DNA from: the human T2T-CHM13v2.0 reference genome, Homo sapiens
Direction of reading: 5' to 3'
NCBI GenBank assembly: GCA_009914755.4
Contig: CP086569.2
Coordinates: 12,288,001 to 12,352,000 of the forward strand
DNA length: 64,000 nt
Below are positions 14,601 to 28,686 of this stretch, piece after piece. Within the stretch, counting starts at the first letter, position 1. Each line of letters starts with the position of its first letter. Both the position numbers and the translations under genes were made by a program. The notes under the pieces are model-generated. The model was not told where the DNA came from. It saw only the letters and a list, made by a program, of their open reading frames with translations, and searched no databases.

Positions 14601-17167
14601 GGAATGTAATGAAATGTAATTGAAGGAATGCCATGGAATGGAATGGAATGCAATGCAATGGGACGGTGCATAATGGAGTGCAATGGATTTCAGTGGAATG
14701 TAGTCAAAAGGAATGAAATAGAATGGAATTCAATATAATGGAATGGCATCCAATGGCAAGGGATGGAGCGGACTCCAATGGAAACATGAAAGGAATATAA
14801 TATAATGGAATGGCATTGAACGAAATGGAATGCAATGGAGTTAAAAGGTAAAATATCGAATGGAAAAGAATTGTATGGACTCGAATGGAATATAATGAAA
14901 TGGAATGGACTCGAATGGAATGTACTAGAGTTGAATGGAATCGAATGGAATTTAAAACAATGGAAAGGAAAGGAAGGGAATTGAAAGGAACGGAATAGAA
15001 TGGAATGGAATCGGAAGGAACGGAATTGAATGGAATGGAAACTAAAGGAATAGAATAGAAAGGAATGCCATTGAATGGAATGGAATGGAATGGAATACGA
15101 TGGAACAGAATGGAATGGAATAGAATTGAATGGAATGGCATCAAATGGATTGGAATGGAATGTAATGGAATGGAATGGAAAGGAATGGAATGGACTCGAA
15201 TGGAATGTACTGAAATGGAATAGAATAGAATGGAATGGAAGTAAATATAATGGTCTCGAGTGGAATGGATTGGAATAAATTGGAATTGAATGTATTGGAT
15301 TCGATTGGAAAGGAATGGAATGGAATGGAATGGAATGGATTCGAATGGAATGGAACGAATTGGAATGTAATTGAATGGAGTCGAAAACAGTAGAAAGAAA
15401 AGAAGTTTAATCGAATGATATAGAATGGAATTGAATGGAATGTACGCGAATGGAATGGACTGGAATGGAATGGAGTGACATGTAATGGAATCGAAAGGAA
15501 TGGAATCGAATGAAATGGAATTGAATGGAATAGAAAGGAATAGAATGGAATGGAGTTTAATGGAAAGATATTAAAAGTAATGGAATGGAATTGAGTGGAC
15601 ACAAATGGAATGGACTGGAATGGAAAGGACTCGAATGAAATGGAGCACATTAGAATGGACTCGAATGGAATGGATTGGAGTGGAATGGTCTCGAATGGAT
15701 TGGAAACGAATGTCATGGAAAGGAATAGAATGGAATGTAATCAAATGGAAAGAAATGTAATGGAATGGGTTCAACTGGAACAGAATTGAATGGAGTGGAA
15801 TTGAATGGAATGGAATGCAATCGAATGGAATGCACACGAATGGAATAGAATGAAATGAAATGGCATAGAATGGAATGGAATGGAATGGAATGGAATGGAA
15901 TGGAATGGAATGGAATGGAATGGAATGGCATGGAATGGAATGGAATGGTATGGAATGAAATGGATTGGAATGGGATGTTCCCAAAAGTAATGGACTCAAA
16001 TAAAAGGAACTCAAATAGAATGAATTGGAAAGAAACGGTCTCGAATGTAATTTATTCGAATAGAATGATATTGAATGGAATGCAATAATATGGAATGGTA
16101 TCGAATAGAATGGAATAGAATGGAATGGAATGGAACGGTATGGAGTGCATTTGAACGGACTCCAATGCAATAAATTGCAATATAATTGATTCAAATGGAA
16201 TGGAATCGAATAGAATGTAAACAAATGGAATGGAAGGCAATGCAATGGAAAGGAATCGAATGAAATGGAATAAATGGGATGGAATCGAATGGAAAGGACG
16301 CGAATGTAACGGACTGTTAAGGAAAGGCCTCGAATCGAATTTATTCCGATAGAATGGAATCGAATGGAATGCAATACTATTGAATCGAATCAAATGGAAT
16401 GGAATTGAATGGAATGGACAGGAATGGAATGAACTGGAAGTGAATGGACAAGAACGTAATATAGTGCAATGTAATTTATTCAAATGGAATGGAATGCAAT
16501 CGAATGGAATGGACTCGATTGGAATGGACTGGAGTGGAATGGACTGAAATGGAATGGAAACGAATGTAAAGGAATGGAACGGAAAGCAAAGGAATCTACT
16601 GTAATAGAATCGAACGGAACAGAAAGGAATGGAATGGAATGGAGTGGAATGGACTCGAATGGAATGTATTCGAATGTAATGGACTGGAAAGGAATGGAAT
16701 CCAATGGAATGGAATTGAATGGAATCAAAAGTAATAGAAAGGAAAAGAGTGTAATTGAATGATATCGAATGGAAGGGAATGGAATGAAGTCGAATGGAAT
16801 GCACTGGAATGGAATGGACACGATCAGAACGGACTGGAGAGGAATGTACACAAATGGAATGGAAACGAATGGAATGGAATGAAAAGGAATGGAATGAAAT
16901 GGAATTGAAAGGAAAGGAATGAAATGGAATGGAATGGAATGCAATGGATTGGAATAGAATGGATTCAAATAAAATAGAATCGATTGGAATGGTATTGAAT
17001 GGAAGGGACTTGAATGGAATGGAAAGCAATGGAAGATATTCGAATTGAATGGCATCGAATGACATGGAATGGAACGGAATGGAACGGACCCGAATGGAAT
17101 GGAATGGACTCAAATGTAATGGACTCGAATGGAATCGACTGAAATATAATAGACTCGAATGGAATAT
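11619..17167 (+). repeat. S-type HOR copy S3 (5549 bp)
   Basis: Same landmark spacing and the same order of blocks as S1/S2. Confidence 0.8.
15868..15928 (+). repeat. Uninterrupted (GGAAT)12 tract (example)
   Basis: Pure run read directly, homologous to 10319-10379, followed by GGCATGG interruptions. Confidence 0.8.
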
Positions 17168-20100
17168 CCTCGAGCGGAATTTATTTGAATAGAATGGAAT
17201 CAAATGGAATACAATAGTATTGAATGGAATAGAATGGAATGGAATGGAATGGAATGTAATCCAATGGAATGGAACGGAATTCAATATAATGGAGTAGAAT
17301 GGAATGCATTGGAAAGGAGCAGAGTGGAATCGAGTGGAATGGAATCGAGTGGAATGGAATCAAAGGGAACGAAATCGAATTGAATGGACTTGAATGGAAT
17401 TGACTCGAAAGGAATTGACTCGAAAGGAATGGACTGGAACAAAAAGGAATCAAATGGACAGGAATGGAATGGAATGGACTCGAATGGAATGGAGTCAAAT
17501 GCAAACGCATCGAATGGAATGGATTCAAATGGAATGCAATTGAATGGTATAGAAAGGAAGAGAATGGAATTGAGAGTAATGGAAAGATATCGATTGGAAT
17601 GAAATGGAATGGAAAGGAATTGAATGGAAAGGAATGGACTCGAAAGAAATGGATTGGAATGGAATGGTCTCCAATGGAATGGACTGGAGTGGAATGGAAT
17701 CGAATGGAATGAAAAGAATGGAACGGAATGGAACGGAAAGGAATAGAAAGTTATGGAATCCGATGGGACAGAATGGAATGGAATGGACTTTCATGAAATG
17801 GAGTCGAATAGAGTGGCATCAAAAGCAATGGAATGGAATGGAGTGGACTCAAAAGGAATGGACTCAAAAGGAATGGAGGCGAACCAAATTGAATCAAATG
17901 GATTGGAGTCAAACAGAACGGAATGGAATGGAATGAACTCGACTGGAGTAGAGAGGAATGTAAAGGAATAGAATGGAATGTAATCAAATGGATTGCAAGC
18001 GAATGGAATCAAAAATAATAGAAAGGAATGGAGTGTAAAGGGATGATATTGAATAAAATGGGATGGAATGGAATTTAATGGAATGGAGTCGAAGGAATGG
18101 ACAGGAATGTAATGGACTCCAATGGAATGGAATGGATGAAAATGGATTTGAACAGATTGGTATCGAACGGAATGGAATGCAGTGGAATGGAATGGGCTCG
18201 AACGGAGAAGAGACAAATGGAATGGAAACGAATTCAATGGAATTGAAAAGAATAGAACGGAATGGCGTGTAATGGTAAGATACTAAATGGAATGGAATTG
18301 AATGGAATGTAATGGAATGGAACCAAATGTAATGCACTCAAATGGAATATACTCAAATAGAATGGAATCGAAAGGAAAGGTCTCCAATGGAATTTATTCA
18401 ATACAATGGAATCAAAAGAAATGCAATAGAAAGAAAAGGAATCGAATGTAATGGAATCAAATAGAATGGACCAGACTGGAATGGACTGCCATAGAACGGA
18501 CTGCAGTGTAATGGATTGAATTCTAATTCATTCAAATGGAATGGAATTGAATGGAATGGAATCCAATGGAATGGATAGGATTGTACTGGAATGGAATAGC
18601 ATGGAATGCAACGGAGTGGAATGGAGTTGAATGAAGTGGAATGGAATCGATTGGAATGGAATCAAATGGAATGGACGGGAATGGAATGGACTGGAAGAGA
18701 ACAGACTCGAATATAATGGATTGCAATGTAATTGATTCAAATGGAATGGAATCGAATGGAATGTAATAAAATTGAAGGGATTGGAGTTCAATGCAATGGA
18801 ATAGAATGGAATGCAAAGGAAAGGAAAGGCACGGAGTGAAATCGAGTGCAAGGGAATCGAATGGAATGAAATCGAATGGAATGGACTCAAAAGAAATGGA
18901 CGAGGGACAAAACGGAATCGAACTGATTGGAATGGAACGGAAGGGAATGGAATGGAATGGTCTCCATTGGATGGGAGTAGAACGGATTGGAATGGAATGG
19001 AATGAAATGGAATGGAAAGGAATAGAATGGAATGGAATGGAATGGAAGGTAATGGAAAGATATCAAACGGATTGGAAAGGAATGGAATGGACCCTAATGG
19101 AATGGAATGGAATTCAACAGAAACGAACGGAATGGACTGGAGTGAAATGGAGTCGAATGTAATTGAGTGGAGAGGAATGGACTCGAAAGGAATGGACTCG
19201 AATAGAATGGACTGGAATGGATTGTACTCGAATGGAGTGGAAAGGAATAAAATGGATTCCACCAGATTGGAATGGAACAGAATGTCATGGAATGGAATGG
19301 AATGCAATGGAATGGCTCGAATGCAATGGAAGAGAAAGGAAAGGAATTGAATGGTATTGAAAGTAATAGAATTAAATGGAGTGCAAAGGAAAGATATCGA
19401 ATGGAATGGATCGAAAAGAAATAGAATGGAATGGACAGGAATGGAATGGAATAGAATGGAATAGACTGGCGTGCAATGCAAACGAATGGAATGGAAACGA
19501 ATGGAATGGAATGGAAAGGAATGGAGTAGAATAAATACTATGGAATGGAATGGAATGGAGGCGAAAGGAAAAGAATGGATTGGAGTGTCACCGAATGGAA
19601 AGATATGGAATGGAAAGGAATGGATACGAATGGAATGGAATAGAAAGGAACGGAAAGGTAAAGAATGGAATGGAATCGGATAGAATGGAATGCAATGCAA
19701 TGGAGACGAATGGAAAATAATCGAGTAGAATGATATTGAACGGAATGGAATTTAATAGAATGGAATGGAATGGAATGGACTCGAATGGAATGTACTCAAA
19801 TGGATTAGAATAGAATGGAATGGAAGTAAACGTAGTGAACTCGAATGGAATGGACACTAATAGAATGGAAGAGAAAGGAATGGTATTGAATGGAATTTAT
19901 TCGAATAGAATGGAATTCAACGGAATGCAACAGTGTGGCATGGAATCAAATGGAATGGAATCGAATGGCATGGACCCGAGTGGAATGGACTCACATAGAA
20001 GAGCCTCGAATGTAATGGATTACAATGTATTAGATTCGAAAGGACTGAAATCGAATGGAATGTAATCAAATAGAACGGAACTGAATGCGTGGAATGGCAT

Positions 20101-22709
20101 AGAAAGTAATGCAATGGAATGGAATAGACTGGAAAGGAATGGAATCGGATGGAATGTAATGAAATGTAATGGAAGGAATGCTATGGAATGGAATGGAATG
20201 GAATACAATGGGACGGTGTATAATGGAGTGCAATGGATTTCAGTGGAATGTAGTCAAAAGGAATGAAATAGAATGGAATTCAATATAATGGAATGGCATC
20301 CAATGGCAAGGGATGGAGCGGACTCCAATGGAAACGACATGAAAGGAATATAATATAATGGAATGGCATTGAACGAAATGGAATGCAATGGAGTTAAAAG
20401 GTAAAATATCGAATGGAAAAGAATTGTATGGACTCGAATGGAATATAATGAAATGGAATGAACTCGAATGGAATGTACTAGAGTTGAATGGAATCGAATG
20501 GAATTTAAAACAATGGAAAGGAAAGGAAGGGAATTGAAAGGAACGGAATAGAATGGAATGGAATCGGATGGAACGGAATTGAATGGAATGGAAACTAAAG
20601 GAATAGAATAGAAAGGAATGCCATTGAATGGAATGGAATGGAATGGAATGGAATAAGATGAAACAGAATGGAATGGAATAGAATTGAATGGAATGGCATC
20701 GAATGGATTGGAATGGAATGTAAAGGAATGGAATGGAAAGGAATGGAATGGACTCGAATGGAATGTACTGAAATGGAATAGAATAGAATGGAATGGAAGT
20801 AAATATAATGGACTCGAGTGGAATGGATTGGAATAAATTGGAATTGAATGTATTGGATTCGAATGGAAAGGAATGGAATGGAATGGAATGGAATGGAATG
20901 GAATTGATTCGAATGGAATGGAACGAATTGGAATGTAATTGAATGGAGTCGAAAACAGTAGAAAGAAAAGAAGTATAATCGAATGATATAGAATGGAATT
21001 GAATGGAATGTACACGAATGGAATGGACTGGAATGGAATGGAGTGACATGTAATGGAATCGAAAGGAATGGAATCGAATGAAATGGAATTGAATGGAATA
21101 GAAAGGAATAGAATGGAATGGAGTTTAATGGAAAGATATTAAAAGTAATGGAATGGAATTGAGTGGACACAAATGGAATGGACTGGAATGGAAAGGACTC
21201 GAATGAAATGGAGCGCATTAGAATGGACTCGAATGGAATGGATTGGAGTGGAATGGTCTCGAATGGATTGGAAACGAATGTAATGGAAAGGAATAGAATG
21301 GAATGTAATCAAATGGAAAGAAATGTAATGGAATGGGTTCAACTGGAACAGAATTGAATGGAGTGGATTGAATGGAATGGAATGCAATCGAATGGAATGC
21401 ACACGAATGGAATAGAATGAAATGAAATGGCATAGAATGGAATGGAATGGAATGGAAAGGAATGGAATGGAATGGCATGGAATGGAATGGAATGGTATGG
21501 AATGAAATGGATTGGAATGGGATGTTCCCAAAAGTAACGGACTCAAATAAAAGGGACTCAAATAGAATGAATTGGAAAGAAACGGTCTCGAATGTAATTT
21601 ATTCGAATAGAATGATATTGAATGGAATGCAATAATATTGAATGGTATCGAATAGAATGGAATAGAATGGAATGGAATGGAACGGTATGGAGTGCATTTG
21701 AACGGACTCTAATGCAATAAATTGCAATATAATTGATTCAAATGGAATGGAATCGAATAGAATGTAAACAAATGGAATGGAAGGCAATGCAATGGAAAGG
21801 AATCGAATGAAATGGAATAAATGGGATGGAATCGAATGGAAAGGACGCGAATATAATGGACTGTTAAGGAAAGGCCTCGAATCGAATTTATTCCAATAGA
21901 ATGGAATCGAATGGAATGCAATACTATTGAATCGAATCAAATGGAATGGAATTGAATGGAATGGACAGGAATGGAATGAACTGGAAGTGAATGGACAAGA
22001 ACGTAATATAGTGCAATGTAATTTATTCAAATGGAATGGAATGCAATCGAATGGAATGGACTCGATTGGAATGGACTGGAGTGGAATGGACTGAAATGGA
22101 ATGGAAACGAATGTAATGGAATGGAACGGAAAGCAAAGGAATCTACTGTAATAGAATCGAACGGAACAGAAAGGAATGGAATGGAATGGAGTTTAATGGA
22201 CTCGAATGGAATGTATTCGAATGTAATGGACCGGAAAAGAATGGAATCCAATGGAATGGAATTGAATGGAATCAAAAGGAATAGAAAGGAATAGAGTGTA
22301 ATTGAATGATATCGAATGGAATGGAATGAAGTCGAATGGAACGCACTAGAATGGAATAGACATGATCAGAACGGACTGGAGAGGAATGTACACAAATGGA
22401 ATGGAAACGAATGGAATGGAATGAAAAGGAATGGAATGAAATGGAATTGAAAGGAACGGAATGAAATGGAATGGAATGGAATGGAATGGATTGGAATAGA
22501 ATGGATTTAAATAAAATAGAATCGATTGGAATGGTATTGAATGGAAGGTACTTGAATGGAATGGAAAGCAATGGAAGATATTCGAATTGAATGGCATCGA
22601 ATGAAATGGAATCGAACGGAATGGAACGGACCCGAATGGAATGGAATGGACTCAAATGTAATGGACTCGAATGGAATCGACTGAAATATAATAGACTCGA
22701 ATGGAATGG
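17168..22709 (+). repeat. S-type HOR copy S4 (5542 bp)
   Basis: Same landmark spacing. The landmark copy at 17168 carries a small variant (GGAATATCCTCGAGCGG). Confidence 0.8.
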
Positions 22710-25700
22710 CCTCGAGCGGAATTTATTTGAATAGAATGGAATCAAATGGAATACAATAGTATTGAATGGAATAGAATGGAATGGAATCGAATGGAATGTA
22801 ATCCAATGGAATGGAACGGAATTCAATATAATGGAGTAGAATGGAATGCATTGGAAAGGAGCAGAGTGGAATCGAGTGGAATGGAATCGAGTGGAATGGA
22901 ATCAAAGGGAACGAAATCGAATTGAATGGACTTGAATGGAATTGACTCGAAAGGAATTGACTCGAAAGGAATGGACTGGAACAAAAAGGAATCAAATGGA
23001 CAGGAATGGAATGGAATGGACTCGAATGGAATGGAGTCAAATGCAAACGCATCGAATGGAATGGATTCAAATGGAATGCAATTGAAAAGAATAGAAAGGA
23101 AGACAATGGAATTGAGAGTAATGGAAAGATATCGATTGGAATGAAATGGAATGGAAAGGAATTGAATGGAAAGGAATGGACTCGAAAGAAATGGATTGGA
23201 ATGGAATGGTCTCCAATGGAATGGACTGTAGTGGAATGGAATCGAATGGAATGAAAAGAATGGAACGGAATGGAACGGAAAGGAATAGAAAGTTATGGAA
23301 TCCGATGGGACAGAATGGAATGGAATGGACTTTCATGAAATGGAGTCGAATAGAGTGGCATTAAAAGCAATGGAATGGAACGGAGTGGACTCCAAAGGAA
23401 TGGACTGGAAAGAATGGAGACGAACCAAATTGAATCCAATGGATTGGAGTCGAACAGAATGGAATGGAATGGAATGAAGTCGACTGGAGTAGAGAGGAAT
23501 GTAAAGGAATAGAATGGATTGTAATCAAATGGATTGCAACGGAATGGAATGAAAAATAATAGAAAGGAATGGAGTGTAAAGGGATGATATTGAATATAAT
23601 GGAATGGAATGCAATTCAATGGAATGGAGTCGAAGGAATGGACAGGAATGTACTGGACTCCAATGGAACGGAATGGATGAAAATGGATTTGAACAGATTG
23701 GAACCGAACAGAATGGAATGCAATGGAATGGAATGGACTCGAATGGAGAAGAGACAAATGGAATGGAAACGAATTCAATGGAATTGAAAAGAATAGAATG
23801 GAATGGCGTGTAATGGTAAGATACTAAATGGAATGGAATTGAATGGAATGGTATGGAATGGACCCAAATGTAATGCACTCGAATGGAATATACTCAAATA
23901 GAATGGAATCGAAAGGAAAGGTCTCCAATGGAATTTATTCAATACAATGGAATCGAATGGAATGCAATAGAATGGAATGGAATCGAATGTAATGGAATCA
24001 AATAGAATGGACCAGAATGGAATGGACTGCCATAGAACGGACGGCAGTGTAATGGATTGAATTCTAATTCATTCAAATGGAATGGTATTGAATGGAATGG
24101 AATCCAATGGAATGGATAGGATTGTACTGGATTGGAATAGAATGGAATGCAACGGAGTGGAATGGAGTTGAATGAAGTGGAATGGAATCGATTGGAATGG
24201 AATCAAATGGAATGGACGGGAATGGAATGGACTGGAAGAGAACAGACTCGAATATAATGGATTGCAATGTAATTGATTCAAATGGAATGGAATCGAATGG
24301 AATGTAATAAAATTGAAGGGATTGGAGTTCAATGCAATGGAAAAGAATGGAATGCAAAGGAATGGAAAGGAACGGAGTGAAATCGAGTGTAATGGAATCG
24401 AATGGAATGAAATCGAATGGAATGGACTCAAAAGAAATGGACGAGGGACAAAACGGAATCGAACTGATTGGAATGGAACGGAAAGGAATGGAATGGAATG
24501 GTCTCCATTGGATCGGAGTAGAACGGATTGGAATGCAATGGAATGAAATGGAATGGAAAGGAATAGAATGGAATGGAAGGTAATGGAAAGATATCGAACG
24601 GATTGGAAAGGAATGCAATGGACCCTAATGGAATGGAATGGAATTCAACAGAAACCAATGGAATGGACTGGAGTGAAATGGAGTCGAATGTAATTGACTG
24701 GAATGGAATGGACTCGAAAGAAATGGACTCGAATAGAATGGACTGGAATGGATTGTACTCGAATGGAGTGGAAAGGAATAAAATGGATTCCACCAGATTG
24801 GAATGGAACAGACTGAAATGGAGTGGAATGGAATGCAATGGAGCGGCTCGACTGGAATGGAGTCGAATGCAGTGGAATAGAAAGGAAAGGAATTGAATGG
24901 AATTGAAAGTAATAGAATTAAATGGAGTGCAAAGGAAAGATATCGAATGGAATGGATCGAAAAGAAATAGAATGGAATGGACAGGAATGGAATGGAATAG
25001 AATGGAATAGACTGGCGTGCAATGAAAGCGAATGGAATGGAATGGCAAGGAATGGAGTAGAATAAATACTATGGAATGGAATGGAATGGAATTGAATGGA
25101 ATGGAATGGAATGGAGGCGAAAGGAAAAGAATGGATTGGAATGTCACCGAATGGAAAGATATGGAATGGAAAGGAGTGGATAGGAATGGAATGGAATAGA
25201 AAGGAACGGAAAGGTAAAGAATGGAATGGAATCGGATAGAATGGAATGCAATGAAATGGAGTCGAATGGGAAATAATCGAGTAGAATGATATCGAATGGA
25301 ATGGAATTTAATGGAATGGAATGGAATGGAATGGAATGGAATGGAATGTTCTCCAATGGATTAGAATAGAATGGAATGGAACTAAACGTAATGAACTCGA
25401 ATGGAATGGACACAAATAGAATGGAAGAGAAAGGAATGGTATTGAATGGAATTTATTCGAATAGAATGGAATTCAACGGAATGCAACAGTGTGGCATGGA
25501 ATCAAATGGAATGGAATCGAATGGAATGGACCCGAGTGGAATGGACTCACATAGAACAGCCTGGAATGTAATGGATGACAATGTATTAGATTCGAAAGGA
25601 CTGAAATCGAATGGAATGTAATCAAATTGAACGGAATTGAATGCATGGAATGGCATAGAAAGTAATGCAATGGAATGGAATAGACTGGAATGGAATGGAA

Positions 25701-26588
25701 TCGGATGGAATGTAATGAAATGTAATGGAAGGAATGCCATGGAATGGAATGGAATGGAATGCAATGGGCCTGTGTATAATGGAGTGCAATGGAATTCAGT
25801 GGAATGTAGTCAATAGGAATGAAATAGAATGGAATTCAATATAAGGGAATGGCATCCAATGGCAAGGAATGGAGTGGACTCCAATGGAAACAACATGAAA
25901 GGAATATAATATAATGGAATGGCATTGAACGAAATGGAATGCAATGGAGTTAAAAGGTAAGATATCGAATGGAAAAGAATTGAATGGACTCGAATGGAAT
26001 ATAACGGAATGGAAAGGACTCGAATGGAATGTACTAGAGTTGAATGGAATGGAATGGAATGGAAAACAATGGAAAGGAAAGGAAGGGAATAGAAAGGAAA
26101 GGAATAGAATGGAATGGAATCGGATAGAACGGAATTGAATGGAATGGAAACTAAAGGAATAGAATAGAAATGAATGGCATTGAATGGAATGGAATGGAAT
26201 GGAATCAGATGGAACAGAAAGGAATGGAATAGAATCGAATGGTATGGCATCGAATGGATTGGAATGGAATGTAATGGAATGGAAAGGAATGGAATGGACT
26301 CGAATGGAATGTACTCAAATGGAATAGAATAGAATGGAATGGAAGTAAATATAATGGACTCGAATGGAATGGATTGAAATAATATGGAATTGAATGTATT
26401 GGATTTGAATGGAAAGGAATGGAATGGATTGGAATGAATTCGAATGGAATGGAATCGAATGGAATGGAACGAATTGGAATGTAATTGAATGGCGTCGAAA
26501 ACAGTAGAAAGAAATGAAGTTTAATCGAATGATATCGAATGGAATTGAATGGAATGTACGCGAATGGAATGGACTGGAATGGAATGGA

Positions 26589-28686
26589 CTCTATGGGAAT
26601 GAAGAGGAGTGGAATGGACTCGAATGTCATGGAGACGATTGGAATGGAAGGGAATGCAAAGGAATGGAATGGAATGGAATCTGATGCATCGCAATGGAAT
26701 GGAATGGGGTCGATTGGAATAGAATCGAAAGGAATGGCATCCAATGGAATGGAAACGAATTGAATGGAATGGCAGGAATGGAATGGAAAGGAATATAATG
26801 GAAAGGAATCGGATGGAACGGAATGGAATGTAATGGAGTCGAATGGAATAGAATCTAATAGAATTGCATTGATAGGAATGGAATCGAACGGACTCGAAAG
26901 GATTGGAGCCTAACAGAAGAGAATCGAACAGAATAGCATCAAATGGAATGGAAATGAATGGAATGGAATGGAATGGAATGGAATGGAATGGAATGGAATG
27001 GAATGGACACACATGTAATGGACTTGAATGGAATGGAATCAAATAGAATGGACGCGAATGGAATGGTCTCGAATGGAATTTATGAAAATAGAATGGAATC
27101 GAAAGTCATTGAACATTATGGAATGGAATCAAATGGAATGAAATCCAATGGAAGGAACCGGAATGGAATGTACTGGAATAGAACGGACTCGAATGTTACG
27201 GAAAGAAAAGTAAATGATTCGGATGTCTTTTAATTGAAAGGAATGAAATTAAATGGAATGGAAAGGAATAAAATGGAATGGAATGAGATAGAATGCAATA
27301 GAATGGAAGTGAGTGGAGTCGAGTTGAATGGAATCGAATTGAATGGAATAGAATCAAATGGAATGGATTCGAATGCAATGGAATCGAATGGAATGGACTG
27401 GAACATAATGGAATTGAACGTATTGGAATGGAAAGGAATGGAAAGGAATTGAATGCAACGGAAAGCAATGGAATCGAATGTAATGGGGTCGTATGTAGTG
27501 GAGTAAAATGGAATGGAATCAAATGGAAGGAAAAGAATACAATCGAATTGAATAGAATAGAATGCAACAGAATGAAACAGAGTGGAATCGAGTGGAATGG
27601 AATAGAATTGAATGGAATGGAAAGGAATGGAATCGAATGGAATGGAATGGAATGGAAGGGAACCGAATGGAATGGAATGGAACAAAATGGAATTGAACAG
27701 ATTAGAATCGAATGGATCCGAATCGAATGGAATAGAATATAATGGAATAGAATGGAATGGAATAGAATGGAATGGAATGGAATATAATGGAATAGAATGG
27801 AATGGAATGGAATGGAATGGAATGGAATGGAATGGAATGGAATGGGATGGAATGGAATGGACCCAAATGTAATGAACTCTAATGATATGGACTTTAATAG
27901 AATGGATTAGAAAACAATGGGCTCGAATGGAATTTAATCAAGTCGAATTTAATGGAATGGAATGGAATGCAAAACTATGGAATAGCATCAAATGGAATGG
28001 AACAGAATAGAGTGGAATGGAATGGAATACACAGGTATAGAACAGACTCGAATGTAATGGATTGCAATGTAAGTGATTCAAAGGGAATGGAATCAAATGG
28101 AATATAATCAAATGGAATGGAATGGAGTGCATTGGAATGGAATAAAATGGAATGCAAACAATGGTACAGAACTCATTTGAATCTAGAGGAATGGAATCGA
28201 ATGCAATGGAAAAGAATGGAATGGACACGAATGGAATGGATTGGAAACAAATGGAATGGAAAGGATTTTAATCATACAGAACAAAATAGAATGCAATGGA
28301 CTCGAATGAAATGGAGTCGAAGAGAATAGTATCAAATGGAAAGGAATGGAATGCAATCGAATCGAATGGAATGTTAATGAAATTAATTGAAAGGAATAGA
28401 ATGGAATGAAGTGTAAAGGAAAGATATCGAATTGAATGGAATTGAATGGAATGGACACAAACGGAATGGACTGGAATGGAATGAACTCAAAAAGGAATGG
28501 AATGGAGCGGAACGGACTCGAGTGCAATGGAATCGAATGGTATAGAATAGAACGGAATGGAATGGAAAGGAATAGAAGGGAATGGAATCGGATCCAACGG
28601 GACAGATTGGAATGGGGTAGAATTGAATAGAATCGAATGGAATGGCATCGAATGTAATGGAATGGAATGGACTCGAATGGAATGGA
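26589..28686 (+). repeat. X block in L1 (~2.1 kb), a satellite segment present in L-type but absent from S-type HOR copies
   Basis: L1 is colinear with S copies up to ...GCGAATGGAATGGACTGGAATGGAATGGA (S1 ~4345-4370). It then diverges (CTCTATGGGAATGAAGAGG...). It rejoins S-type sequence at GGAATGGAGTGACATGTAATGG (28679 onward; S1 4363 onward). Both flanks of X carry GAATGGAATGGACT(G/C)GAATGGAATGGA. Confidence 0.75.
27196..27240 (+). other. Non-pentameric island inside X block (GAAAGAAAAGTAAATGATTCGGATGTCTTTTAATTGAAAGG), conserved in every L copy
   Basis: This stretch lacks GGAAT periodicity. It recurs at ~34845-34880, ~42460-42492, ~50000-50022 and ~57535-57562. The L5 copy lacks ~20 bp (AAGAAATCAAATGGAATGG) found after it in L4. 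Confidence 0.6.

Noticed and set aside
15855-16088. + strand ORFs made of MEWNGMEWNG repeats
   Set aside because: These are direct translations of ATGGAATGGAATGGA... in all three frames. Every GGAATG supplies an ATG, so 'start codons' are ubiquitous and meaningless.
26589-28686. X block as a transposable-element insertion
   Set aside because: Its composition is the same degenerate GGAAT satellite as its surroundings, with no TIR, LTR, poly(A) or ORF signature. Its flanks are a direct repeat of ordinary satellite monomers, consistent with unequal exchange rather than transposition.
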